Below, in pieces: positions 48,226 through 61,442 of a DNA stretch of 64,000 nt; the first letter of the stretch is position 1; each line of letters opens with the position of its first letter. Location of the stretch: the NCBI GenBank assembly GCA_965223345.1, contig CBDCWG010000007.1, positions 313,302 through 377,301 on the forward strand, written 5' to 3'. The notes below the pieces were generated by a model. The model searched no databases. It was not told the DNA's origin and worked only from the letters and a program-made list of their open reading frames with translations. Origin of the DNA: Nitrospinales bacterium (lineage in GTDB: Bacteria > Nitrospinota > Nitrospinia > Nitrospinales > VA-1). The position numbers and the translations under genes were made by a program.

Positions 48226-48756
48226 TCAATAAAACCCCGGCAGCTTGATATTGGCCTCGTCGGTGAGCTTGCGGTACAGATTGTGGAATTCCTCGGTCGT
48301 CAGCTTGGGATCTTTCAGCGCTTCCAGCTCCTGTTCCGTGATGGAAATCTGCGAGTTTTCGTCCCAAGCGGAGGTGGCGATGGCCGCATAATTGGGCGGA
48401 TTGAGCGACTGCACGATCAGCATGTCCACCTTGTCGTTGTACTCAACCGCCAGATCGATCACCAGCCGGGCGTCCTCGGCGCTCACGGCGCTGCCGATGG
48501 CGATGTTGGTCGGCGGGTGGCCGCCGCGCGGCTTCCAGTACTGCACCGTGTGCCGGAGAACCTTGATGGACCGGGATTTGAGAAAATCCCGCAATTCCTT
48601 CTTGCGCTTTTTCTGCTTGTGCGCGAGCCAGATTTCGATGGTGCAGATGGTGGTCTTGGAGGTGTCGCAGGCGGCGTCCGCCTGCCCTTTCAGCGGCAAC
48701 GGACTCACCGAAGCCACAAAACATATCAATATCAAGCGGATAACCCAGTTTTTCAT
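48226..48756 (-). CDS. Hypothetical secreted protein
   Basis: Signal-like N-terminus; GAAGGG RBS; host codon usage. Confidence 0.75.
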   Translation of the reverse strand: MKNWVIRLILICFVASVSPLPLKGQADAACDTSKTTICTIEIWLAHKQKKRKKELRDFLKSRSIKVLRHTVQYWKPRGGHPPTNIAIGSAVSAEDARLVIDLAVEYNDKVDMLIVQSLNPPNYAAIATSAWDENSQISITEQELEALKDPKLTTEEFHNLYRKLTDEANIKLPGFY

Positions 48757-49066
48757 ACCCTTCCCTTCATAGATCGACGTTCACACTCGGATGCGGATCA
48801 TCTTAACATATCGCCGCCCTGCCTGTACGGCGCAAGCCAACACCCTCAACAAACAACCATTAAATAATTAAATTTATTGCAATTATGCCGAAAAGTAGGG
48901 GCGCGGGGCGACTAAAAACCCTGCTTTCTTCCGGGCTTCGCTCCTGCCGGCCACGCCGCCCGATTCTCGCGCCCGCCATTTTTCAGAGAGATGAGTTCAA
49001 GTTTCCGGCTTTTATTCCGCTTATAAAGCTGAGGTTTTTTGTGTCTTCACACCGGGGGGTGATCGA

Positions 49067-49267
49067 ATGGCTTCAGTGGGAGAAGCGGGGGCTGCGGCGG
49101 GGCTGAGCCCGCAGTTTCAGATCGCGGCGGCGAAAAAAGCGCTCGATGTGCAGAAACAGCAAGGGGCCGCGGCTCTTTCTCTGATCGAATCAGCCACCGC
49201 CGCGACCCAGGCGGCGATTTCCAGCGGCCCGAAAGCCACCGGCAACCACGTGGATGTGACCGTTTGA
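49067..49267 (+). CDS. YjfB-like putative motility protein
   Basis: AAKKALDVQKQQGAAALSLIES...GNHVDVTV pattern. Confidence 0.8.
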   Translation: MASVGEAGAAAGLSPQFQIAAAKKALDVQKQQGAAALSLIESATAATQAAISSGPKATGNHVDVTV

Positions 49268-49274
49268 TTGTTTC

Positions 49275-49301
49275 GTCACCCTGAGCTTGTCGAAGGGTGA
49301 C
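49275..49301. repeat. REP-like palindrome
   Basis: GTCACCCTGAGCTTGTCGAAGGGTGAC between convergent genes. Confidence 0.7.
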
Positions 49302-49328
49302 CAATCAGAATAAATCCGCTTCCCCGGT

Positions 49329-49904
49329 TCACTCCAGGACCAGGGTCTGGATCCGGGGGAACGCATCGCTTTCTTTCAGCAGTTTCTGCCCTTCCTCGGT
49401 GATTCCGTTTCCGAACACTTCCAGATACTTCAACTCCATGAGCGTCTTGCTCTCGGCGAGCGCCTGCGCGCCGGCATCGCCGATCTGATTCTGCGCCAGG
49501 TCCAAAAGCTCCAGATTGACCAGTTGAATGGACTGGGCGATCTCGCGGGTGCCCTCGGGCCCGACCTGGTTTTTCCACAGATTGAGCGCCTTGAGCCGTG
49601 AAAATACGGACGAGCGGGCGATGTATCCCGCGCCGGCGTCGCCGATGGAATTGCGCTCCAGGTGCAGGGCTTTGAGGCGGATCAGCGTTTTCGTTTCGGC
49701 CAGCGCCTTGACGCCGGCGTCGGTGATTTCGTTGCGTTCCAGGTTGAGCTCCTGCACTTCTCCCAGATCCTTATGCTGGGCGATGTAGGCGCATCCTTTA
49801 TCGCCGATGTATTTCAGCCTGAGATCGAGCACGCTGCGGTTGCGTTTCCCGAGGAATTCGTCAATGAGGGTTTCGATGGGTTGATCGTCAAACGGTCTGT
49901 TCAT
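49329..49904 (-). CDS. Leucine-rich repeat protein (ribonuclease-inhibitor-like)
   Basis: 28-aa repeats LxxLxLxxNxIGDxGAxxLA. Confidence 0.9.
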   Translation of the reverse strand: MNRPFDDQPIETLIDEFLGKRNRSVLDLRLKYIGDKGCAYIAQHKDLGEVQELNLERNEITDAGVKALAETKTLIRLKALHLERNSIGDAGAGYIARSSVFSRLKALNLWKNQVGPEGTREIAQSIQLVNLELLDLAQNQIGDAGAQALAESKTLMELKYLEVFGNGITEEGQKLLKESDAFPRIQTLVLE

Positions 49905-50002
49905 TTTTATCAGGACCTCTGGATAGGATTCGTTTTTCTTTCCGGTGGCTCGCAGGCCCTTTAGCGGACCGCTTGTGGCTCAAAGCCGTTTTCAATGCGC
50001 CC

Positions 50003-52615
50003 CTATTTTCGCTTCTTTTTTTGGGATCGGACTTCCTGTTTTTTTTCCATGAGATCCAGCCGGTCGCGCAGGGCTTTGTTTTCCTGGGTCACATCGTCCA
50101 GTTCCGAGCGGAAGGCTTTCAACTCTTTCGGTTTTTTGGCGGATTCGTACAACGCCGCCACGGTTTCCCCGGCGCGCCGCTTGATGCGCCCGTCGGGGTC
50201 GTTCTCCGCCAGATGCCTGAGAGCGGGCACGGCGGACAGATCGTCGAGCTGCCGCATCGCCTGAATGGCCCCCAGCTTGCCGCGGAACACGGCGGCGGGC
50301 GTTCCGCGGGTTTCCTTGGCAAAACGGGTGAGGTGCTCGACCGCTTCGGGTTTTTTGTGCTCGTACCGCTTTGCCAGCCGGGCCAGCCCGCGCATGGCGG
50401 CGCCGCGGCTGTTTTTTGCGGCGCCGTAGTCGGCTCCCCGCACCAGCACCTCCCAGGATGCCTCCTGCTCCAGCTGCGCCAGCGCGTTGTAGATGGCGGA
50501 CTGGGCCATGTTGTTGTGCGAGGGACGATCCAACGCGTTTTCCAGGAATTCACGCGCATCGGTGGCGCGGACTTTTCCGAGCGATTCGAGCGCCGCCGCT
50601 TCGACGCGGTAGGAGGCGTCGCCGGCGGCCACTTTCTTCAACGCTTTGGCGGCCGTTTCATCGTGCGTGAACTCGCCGAGCGCCCGCACCACGGCGTAGC
50701 GGACCTTGGGATGTTCGTGCTTCAATCCCTTGATCAGCGCATCGCGCGCCGTATCGCCGCCGATCTTTCCCAGAGCCCGGGCGATGCGCCCGCCCACACC
50801 CCAGAAACTTTCCTTGCGCAGGCGTTCGCCGAGCAGCTTGATGTCGTTCATCGCGGGTTTCTCGGTCAGCGCCGCCGCCGCTTCGATACGGCCGATGGGG
50901 TCCTTGTCGCGCTTGATCTGCTCGTGCAGCATGGGGCGGGACACGTCCAGCTTCACTTTTTTCGCGGGGCAGATGTAGTCCGGGTCGAGCCGGAAATAAA
51001 GCGGCTTGGACTTGAGACGGAAACAGAATTTTTCCTCGCGGCTCTGGATGGTGACGGGAAAGCGTTCCTCGCCGCGCGCAAAGTAAAACGCCAGCGTCAG
51101 CGGCAGCTTGAACAGCAGCTCTTCATCTTTTTTGTCGGCTTTCTGGGTCTGCTTGATCGTCACCACCGCCATCGAGTCCTCGGATTCCCAGGCATACCCG
51201 AGTTCCAGCCTGGGATACCCGCCGCGGAAGACCCACTGATCCAGCCATTCGTCGTGGTTTTTCGCGGTGACTTCCTCGATGCAGCGGATGAAATCCACCG
51301 TTTCCACCAGGCCGAATTCGTGGCGCTTGAGAAAAATCGCGAGCGCCTCGCGGAACACATCCTCGCCGACGCTGTGCTTCAGATGGTGCAGCCGCACCGC
51401 GCCGCCGGGATACAGGTGCGCGTCGAACAGGTCGATGGGCTCCTTGTAGATGTGGGTGACGATCGGCCGGCGGTAGATCGCCTCCTCGCCGAAATAGGTC
51501 TCGGCGTCTTCCAGGCACTGGTAGCGGAACTCGTCCTCGCCTTTGGACTCGCGCGTGTACAGCGCGTCGAAATAAGTGGCGAACGATTCGTGCAGCCAGG
51601 CGTGCGACCAGTTCTTCGCGGTCACCACGTCGCCAAACCACATGTGCGCGGCTTCGTGCGCCACCAGGCCGTTGGAATCGATGTCCAGCGCCGCGCGGTC
51701 GTCGTGCAGCGTGAGGTCGGTCTGGGTGGTGACGGTGAAATTCTCCATGCCGCCGAACACGAATTCGGGAACCGCAATCTGGGTGTAATGCTCGTAGGGA
51801 TAGGGATAGCCGGTGTACTCGGAGAAAAACCTGAGGATCCTGCCGGTGTCCTTGAAGGCGTTCTGCCCCTCCTTCTTGCGGCCTTTCTCGACGTACCATT
51901 TCACGGCCACGCCCTTGCTGCGGCTGCTGTGCCCGTCGAAATCGCCGGCCACGATGGACAGCAGGTAGGTCGAATAGGGGATCTCCAATTTGTAATGAAA
52001 CAGCGATTCGGCTGCCGTGTGCTTTTCGCGCAGCAGCTTGCCGTTGGACAGGCCGAACATCTTCGGCGGCAGGTGCAGGATCACCTCCGTCGTCTGCTTG
52101 AAGTTGGGCTTGTCGAAACAGGGGAAATAATAGCGCGAGTCCTCGTCCTGCCCCTGGGTCCACACGGTCTGGAAACGATCCGGATACTGGGCGTCGGGCT
52201 TGGTGAAATAGATTCCGGCCACCGGACGGGTCACCGAGTGCAGCAGGTTGACCTTGACACGCGCGCCCTGCCTCAGGGGCTTCTTCGCGAACAGGCGCAC
52301 GGTCTCGCCGGTGTTCTCGAACGCCACCGGCTCGCTGCCCAGCCGCGCCTCGCTGATGTCGAGGTTCACCGCATCGAGCCCGATCTCGCGCACGTTCGCC
52401 CCTTTGACGCGAAGGTCGTAGGTGGTGCTGCCCCAGACCCGCTCCTCGTCCCAATCAAAATGGATCGAGAGCAGCAGGTGTTCGGGAAGCAGCGGCGTGT
52501 CGGGGGTGAAGTTGGCCTTCGCGCCTTTTTGCGCGAACGACTTGCGGTCGAGCAGGCCCCAGTGCTCGGACTCTCCGTTTGAGAAATGACATTTGCAGTA
52601 GCGGGTCGCGCTCAT
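50003..52615 (-). CDS. M1 family aminopeptidase with C-terminal HEAT repeats
   Basis: GGMEN, HEAAHMWFGD...WLHESFA; HEAT repeats and a coiled-coil tail. Confidence 0.93.
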   Translation of the reverse strand: MSATRYCKCHFSNGESEHWGLLDRKSFAQKGAKANFTPDTPLLPEHLLLSIHFDWDEERVWGSTTYDLRVKGANVREIGLDAVNLDISEARLGSEPVAFENTGETVRLFAKKPLRQGARVKVNLLHSVTRPVAGIYFTKPDAQYPDRFQTVWTQGQDEDSRYYFPCFDKPNFKQTTEVILHLPPKMFGLSNGKLLREKHTAAESLFHYKLEIPYSTYLLSIVAGDFDGHSSRSKGVAVKWYVEKGRKKEGQNAFKDTGRILRFFSEYTGYPYPYEHYTQIAVPEFVFGGMENFTVTTQTDLTLHDDRAALDIDSNGLVAHEAAHMWFGDVVTAKNWSHAWLHESFATYFDALYTRESKGEDEFRYQCLEDAETYFGEEAIYRRPIVTHIYKEPIDLFDAHLYPGGAVRLHHLKHSVGEDVFREALAIFLKRHEFGLVETVDFIRCIEEVTAKNHDEWLDQWVFRGGYPRLELGYAWESEDSMAVVTIKQTQKADKKDEELLFKLPLTLAFYFARGEERFPVTIQSREEKFCFRLKSKPLYFRLDPDYICPAKKVKLDVSRPMLHEQIKRDKDPIGRIEAAAALTEKPAMNDIKLLGERLRKESFWGVGGRIARALGKIGGDTARDALIKGLKHEHPKVRYAVVRALGEFTHDETAAKALKKVAAGDASYRVEAAALESLGKVRATDAREFLENALDRPSHNNMAQSAIYNALAQLEQEASWEVLVRGADYGAAKNSRGAAMRGLARLAKRYEHKKPEAVEHLTRFAKETRGTPAAVFRGKLGAIQAMRQLDDLSAVPALRHLAENDPDGRIKRRAGETVAALYESAKKPKELKAFRSELDDVTQENKALRDRLDLMEKKQEVRSQKKKRK

Positions 52616-52965
52616 AATTTAACGCCCGTATGGGCAATCGTGGAAATAGAGGGTCCGGGGGCTCCGGTCGCAATCGTTCCCCTGGGGGGTCCGCAAGCCG
52701 CGCCGCGAAAGGCGCGCCGTTCGACACTCCCAACCCCGCCGCCTGTGGGGAAAACGCTTTTCTCCCAAAGAGCTTGAGGGGAATAGGTCATTCTATAAGC
52801 GTTTTGCAGCTTGTCAAGCAAAGCGCCGCCTGCCGCTGAACGCGGTCGCTCATTCATCGTCTTCGCCCCTCCGTTATCGTGGCCATCCGTGCCGAGATTT
52901 AGATTTGTCAAAGGCTCTCCGGACCCCTAATATAAAAGGATCGATCCCTCTTTCAAGGACCTGGC

Positions 52966-53880
52966 GTGCCGGAAAAAGAAACCGATATCTACGATCCCGA
53001 AGTGCTGGCGAGAATATCCGCCCTCAAAATCCAGGCGCTGAATCTGGTGGAAGGATTGCTGTCCGGCAACCACCGCAGCCGCCACAAGGGTTCCAGCGTG
53101 GAGTTTGCGGAATACAAGGATTACTCCCCCGGCGACGAGATCCGCCACATCGACTGGAAGGTCGCGGGCAAAACCGACAAGTACCACGTCAAGCAGTTCG
53201 AGCAGTCCACCAATCTCAAATGCACGATCCTTCTGGATGCGAGCGGCTCGATGGGATACGTCTCGCCGGAGCCTGCGGGCCGCATGCCGAAAATGGACTA
53301 CGCCCGCACCCTGGTGGCATCGCTGTCCTGCTTGCTGCTCAAGCAGTTCGATGCGGTGGGGCTCGCCCTGTTCAACGATTCTGTGGTGCGGCATATCCCG
53401 CCCCGCTCCAAGACCTCGCACCTCAAGCACATTCTGCACGAGCTGGCGGTGATGCAGCCCCAGGGCGTGACCCGCATCGATCAGGTGGTGGGCGGGCTGG
53501 TCGAACGGCTGCCGAGCCGCGGCATGCTGATCCTGGTTTCGGATTTTCTGGCGCGCGACGACAACCTGTACCACGATCTGAAACTGCTCGTCTCGCGCGG
53601 GCTGGAAGTGATCCTGTTTCACATTCTCGATCCGGATGAAGTGACGCTGCCGTTCGAGGGCGACACGGTGTTCGAGTCTTTGGAAGACGACCCCACCCTC
53701 GGCCTCGAACCGGAAGACATCCGCGAAACCTACCAGAAACTGATCCAGGAGCTGATCGAATCGAACCAGAAACACTGCCACGGCCTGGGCGTGGACTACG
53801 TGTTTCTGGAAACCACGACGCCGCTCGATCAGGCACTCAGCTATTACCTGCTGCGGCGGCAAAGCCTGACCCGCGTGTGA
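52966..53880 (+). CDS. DUF58 family protein (MoxR-associated, vWA-like)
   Basis: GSSVEFAEYKDYSPGDEIRHIDWK, LDASGSM, LVSDF. Confidence 0.92.
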   Translation: MPEKETDIYDPEVLARISALKIQALNLVEGLLSGNHRSRHKGSSVEFAEYKDYSPGDEIRHIDWKVAGKTDKYHVKQFEQSTNLKCTILLDASGSMGYVSPEPAGRMPKMDYARTLVASLSCLLLKQFDAVGLALFNDSVVRHIPPRSKTSHLKHILHELAVMQPQGVTRIDQVVGGLVERLPSRGMLILVSDFLARDDNLYHDLKLLVSRGLEVILFHILDPDEVTLPFEGDTVFESLEDDPTLGLEPEDIRETYQKLIQELIESNQKHCHGLGVDYVFLETTTPLDQALSYYLLRRQSLTRV

Positions 53881-53887
53881 TCCGCTT

Positions 53888-56047
53888 ATGAATCTGAACT
53901 TTTTATCCCCCATTTTCCTGCTGGGTCTTCTCGGCCTGTCGGTGCCCGTGCTGATCCACCTGTTGACGAAGCGCCAGCAGAAGCGCGTGCGCTTCTCGGC
54001 GGTCTACCTTCTGTTTCAGTCGCAGAAACGCTCGATCAAACGCTCGGCCCCCAACCGGCTCTGGCTGCTTTTCATCCGCTGCCTGGCGATCGCGATGCTG
54101 AGCCTGGCGCTGGCGAACCCGATCTTTTCCTTCGGCGGCGGCGGGGCGGATTTTCCCTCGCAGCCCTCGGCGACGGTGATCGTGCTCGACGACAGCTACA
54201 GCATGGCGGCGAAAGTGGAGGAAAGCACGCTGTATGCGGAAGCGGTCGCGGCGCTGGAAAACCGACTCGACGATTTCCCGGCGGACAGCAAATACGCCCT
54301 GGTGCTGGCGTCCTCGCCGCCGCGCGTGCTGGAGAACTGGTCGTCGGATGCGGAAACGGCGCTGCGGATTCTCAAGGCGGCGCAGGTTTCGTTCGCGACG
54401 ACGCAGATCGGCCCTTCGATCAGGCTGGCGATGGACCTTCTGGACCCGATGCCGGAGAAGGAAAAGCGCATTCTGATCCTGACCGACCGCGACCGCAACG
54501 GCTGGAACGCCGAGGCATTCCCTGAAAGCGGCAGCCGCACCGCCTATCCGGTGCGGGTGGTGGACTTTTCCACGCTGCAAAGCGAGCCCAACCGGGCCGC
54601 CGTGGAATCGGTGGAAGTGCGGCAGGAGTTTCTCACCAACAGCCGGGTGTTGCGCGTCAAAACCGGGTTGCTGAACGTGGCCCCGGAAGGCGCGCCCGCC
54701 AGACTCAAAGTCTCGCTGCACACCGGCGACAAGCTGTGGAACGAGTCGGAGGTGGAGGTGCCTCCCCGCGACCGGGTGGAGCAGGAGTTCTCGTTTCCGC
54801 TGCAGGGCGGCGAACCGGTTCCGGGCCGCATCGAAATTTCCGCTGACGGCCTGGCGGTGGACAACATCCGGCATTTCTCCTACCAGCCGGACCAGAAGGT
54901 GAAGGTCCTGCTGGTGGACGGAGACCCCAAGACGGTGGCGCACCAGAGCGAATCGTTTTACCTGGAACGGGCGCTGAATCCCTTCTCCACGACGCTGTCC
55001 AACATCGAACCCACGGTGTCCACCCCCGAGGAGCTGGCGGTCCGCAACCTGTTCGACTTTTCGGTGCTCATCTTCTCCAACGTGGAGGACCTGCCGTTCG
55101 ACTACATTCTCAAGCTGGAAAAATATGTGATGGCGGGCGGCGCGCTGTTCGTCGCGCTCGGCGATCAGGTGAACCCGAAATACTACAACGAAAAACTCGG
55201 CAACCTGCTGCCGGTGACGTTGAAGTCGCTGCACCAGGTGGGACGGGAAAACGAACCGTTTCGCCTGAAACTGGAAAACAACGACCACCCGGTGCTCAAG
55301 ATCTTCAAGGGCAAGACGCTGGAGGAGATGAAGGGCATCCGCTTTCATTCGCTGTTCAGCGTCGAGATGAAGCCCGAGCGCAACGCCACCGTGGCGATGC
55401 GCTTTCGCAACGACTACCCCGCTCTCATCGAATCGGAGCTGGGCAAAGGCAAAGTGGTCCTGTTCACCTCCAGCCTCGATCGGGACTGGAACGATTTTCC
55501 CATTCAGCCGACCTTTCTGCCCTGGATCCAGCGCTGGGTGAAATACTCCGCGCGCGGGCTGGAAAGCATCAGCCGGCAGGACCTCACGGTCGGCGAAACC
55601 TTCGCACCGGCATTCGATGCGGCGGACGGGCGTTATTACGTATCCACACCGGGCGGCCGGATCGCCGAGCTGTTCAAAACCCCGGCGGGGCTCGCGTTCA
55701 CGGAAACGCAGCGGCCGGGAATCTATGCGCTGCACCGCACGCCCCGGGAAAAGACGCGCGCCGCCGGGGAGGACGAGACGGCTTTTAAAATCGTGTCCGG
55801 GCTGCCGGAAAACGCCGAGCGGGTGGGCACCTTCACCGTCAATATCGACACCGCCGAATCGGCTCCGGGCAAAATATCGGATGAGGAAATCCGCGCGCTG
55901 TTGGGCGACGCTCCGGTGGAGTTTTTCTCGGGCGCGGATTTTCTAGCCCCTTCCGGCACACCGGAGGGAATCCCGCTGACCACGCCCTTTTTCCTGGCGG
56001 TGGCGGGCCTGTTTCTGCTCGAGGGCTGGGTGCTGCGAAAGGAATGA
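53888..56047 (+). CDS. BatA/vWA domain membrane protein
   Basis: FLSPIFL...PVLIHLL BatA N-terminus; DDSYSM MIDAS; LTD; C-terminal TM LLEGW. Confidence 0.88.
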   Translation: MNLNFLSPIFLLGLLGLSVPVLIHLLTKRQQKRVRFSAVYLLFQSQKRSIKRSAPNRLWLLFIRCLAIAMLSLALANPIFSFGGGGADFPSQPSATVIVLDDSYSMAAKVEESTLYAEAVAALENRLDDFPADSKYALVLASSPPRVLENWSSDAETALRILKAAQVSFATTQIGPSIRLAMDLLDPMPEKEKRILILTDRDRNGWNAEAFPESGSRTAYPVRVVDFSTLQSEPNRAAVESVEVRQEFLTNSRVLRVKTGLLNVAPEGAPARLKVSLHTGDKLWNESEVEVPPRDRVEQEFSFPLQGGEPVPGRIEISADGLAVDNIRHFSYQPDQKVKVLLVDGDPKTVAHQSESFYLERALNPFSTTLSNIEPTVSTPEELAVRNLFDFSVLIFSNVEDLPFDYILKLEKYVMAGGALFVALGDQVNPKYYNEKLGNLLPVTLKSLHQVGRENEPFRLKLENNDHPVLKIFKGKTLEEMKGIRFHSLFSVEMKPERNATVAMRFRNDYPALIESELGKGKVVLFTSSLDRDWNDFPIQPTFLPWIQRWVKYSARGLESISRQDLTVGETFAPAFDAADGRYYVSTPGGRIAELFKTPAGLAFTETQRPGIYALHRTPREKTRAAGEDETAFKIVSGLPENAERVGTFTVNIDTAESAPGKISDEEIRALLGDAPVEFFSGADFLAPSGTPEGIPLTTPFFLAVAGLFLLEGWVLRKE

Positions 56048-56305
56048 AAAACCGGTGGCGGTTTGCGGCGCCGCCCCCTGCCCCGCGTTCACGCAGAAAT
56101 CGGTTTCAATATTTCAGTTTATACTGCCACCATTTTTATATACAATTTCATACAAAATAGCCGGTGGCAGTTGATCCAGAGGACGGGCAGCCTGATGCGT
56201 GCCGATCCACCCCGCAACGGGCGGCGGCACCGGTGCGCAGGAACCGGAATTTCACTGGCCCGAACCGGCATCAAAAACGGGTGCGCTCTTTCGTGAAACG
56301 GAATC

Positions 56306-59945
<3,640 letters not shown>

Positions 59946-59956
59946 ATGGAAGAGCC

Positions 59957-60012
59957 GCCTCGCGCAAAGACGCCAAGGCGCAAAGAAAAGAATGAGACAG
60001 GATTGACAGGAT
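59957..60012. repeat. (CGCAAAGN)x3 plus ACAGGAT tandem mini-repeats
   Basis: GCCTCGCGCAAAGACGCCAAGGCGCAAAG then GACAGGATTGACAGGAT; compare 7026 and 43522. Confidence 0.65.
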
Positions 60013-60084
60013 AAAAATCGGATAAATTCCAGAGCCAAAACTTGACCCCATCCCCCTCTTAATAATGAATTGATCCATAAAGCT

Positions 60085-60417
60085 ATGACACCTGTTGAAA
60101 AAAAAGTCTTTGAAATTATTAAGGATGAAATGGGAATTGATCTTTCCCCCGAAGAGATAGATGTTGAACTAGTAAGTCTTTATGTTGATTCAGATGATTG
60201 GTCGTTCATTTTTTATCCTGAGATTGAAAAAGAGTTTAAGGTGGATACTTCAGGGAGATCACCAATAAAGGAATGGCGCGAAGCGGGTACGATAAGGAAA
60301 ATAGCGCAAGTTATCGAAAAATATATGCCAAACGAAGTGCGAGAAAATTTTATGAATGAAAAATTTAAAATACCTGATTTCAGAGATGGAACAATCTTTC
60401 CCAATCATCACTCATGA
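60085..60417 (+). CDS. AT-rich acyl-carrier-like hypothetical protein
   Basis: KVFEIIKDEMG...LVSLYVDSDD...IEKEFKV...TIRKI resembles the ACP helix pattern; ATGA overlap with the next gene. Confidence 0.6.
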   Translation: MTPVEKKVFEIIKDEMGIDLSPEEIDVELVSLYVDSDDWSFIFYPEIEKEFKVDTSGRSPIKEWREAGTIRKIAQVIEKYMPNEVRENFMNEKFKIPDFRDGTIFPNHHS

Positions 60418-60668
60418 ACTTCACAGAACTGCTCGGCTATCTGGCCGGGGGCCTCACAACTGCTGCATTCGTGCCGCAGGTGGTCAAGACCTGGAAATCC
60501 AAATCCACCCGGGACATCTCGCTGGGGATGTTCCTGATTTTCTGCACCGGGCTGTCCTTCTGGCTGGCCTACGGCATTCTGATCCACTCACAACCGGTCA
60601 TCCTGGCCAACCTCGCGACGCTGACGCTGGCCGGAATCATCCTGGCGCTGAAGCTGCGCTACAAATGA
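60414..60668 (+). CDS. SemiSWEET/PQ-loop transporter
   Basis: TTAAFVPQVVKT, TRDIS, WLAYG, PVILAN. Confidence 0.93.
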   Translation: MNFTELLGYLAGGLTTAAFVPQVVKTWKSKSTRDISLGMFLIFCTGLSFWLAYGILIHSQPVILANLATLTLAGIILALKLRYK

Positions 60669-60695
60669 TCACGCATCGCCTCTAACATTCCCCAT

Positions 60696-60728
60696 AAAAA
60701 AAGACGGACCGTCCGAAGACGGTCCGCC
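60696..60728 (-). terminator. Terminator, repeated GGCGGACCGTC family
   Basis: GGCGGACCGTC-TTCG-GACGGTCCGTC plus T7 on the minus strand. Confidence 0.8.
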
Positions 60729-60871
60729 CGACGATGAGTGCGGATGCGATTCACCCGGCCGGTTCAGCAGGGTGTTGGAATCTATTCAAAAAGGCAACCG
60801 GTCTATCCCTGACGCGGCCGCACTGTTATTCAATAGCACCTCGAGCACCTCGTTCCCATGGAAGCGAGGTG

Positions 60872-61201
60872 TTACTTATTTTTGTTCAACTTAAAACGCG
60901 TTTCGCGTTCCTTCTGAAAATCCGTGGAAGCTTCTTCCCTGTCCTCATCCATGGATTTTCCTTTTGCTTTCAGGTCGTTCATGGCCTCCCGCATATCCTG
61001 CTTGCAGGATTTGATCTTTTCTGCGGAAGTCGAAGACTGAACGCAGTTCTCAAAATCATTCAAGGTGCTGCGTTTTGCTTTCACTTTCTCCAGAGTGTCG
61101 GATTTGATCTGTTTGAACTTCTCTCCACCCTGATCGTCCATGGCATACGCAGCGCCCTGAACCATGAAAAGCATCATAAATGCGATAAATAGTTTTTTCA
61201 T
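60872..61201 (-). CDS. Small secreted helical protein
   Basis: MKKLFIAF...AYA signal peptide; two Cys (CVQS...KSC). Confidence 0.8.
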   Translation of the reverse strand: MKKLFIAFMMLFMVQGAAYAMDDQGGEKFKQIKSDTLEKVKAKRSTLNDFENCVQSSTSAEKIKSCKQDMREAMNDLKAKGKSMDEDREEASTDFQKERETRFKLNKNK

Positions 61202-61442
61202 TGTATACACCTCAATCTACCCTGCGGGATAGCAAACCGGCCGGGAGCAATCAACTCCGCACATGCAAGGGCCTGTCTGCACAAGCCCACTGCATGAACG
61301 AACTCATCGTTTTATTTTCATGCTGAACTCCTGTGATGGATCTGCCTGGGAATTCTATTTTTAAGCAATGGAGTTTTCAGAGACCATCCTGCGCAATTGG
61401 CATTGCCTTTTGATTTTCACCACGAAACAACTAAGATGCGTC

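Noticed and set aside
49973..52582. Very long antisense ORFs (also 37453-39573, 41706-43682, 56525-58873, 33219-34985, 21758-23440, 27173-28798)
   Set aside because: They mirror well-supported genes on the opposite strand, as expected from GC-rich codon bias, and show no motifs.
60729..60871. Structured 3' regions before terminators (also 4211-4332) as possible 6S or SRP RNA
   Set aside because: Only partial stems, with no SRP or 6S hallmark seen; an Rfam/Infernal scan would be needed.
61217..61321. RBS plus MKIKR-TGA with a Cys-rich read-through frame (possible selenoprotein or leader)
   Set aside because: The read-through frame ends at TAG 61217, is not coupled to the next gene, has no recognisable motif and no clear SECIS.
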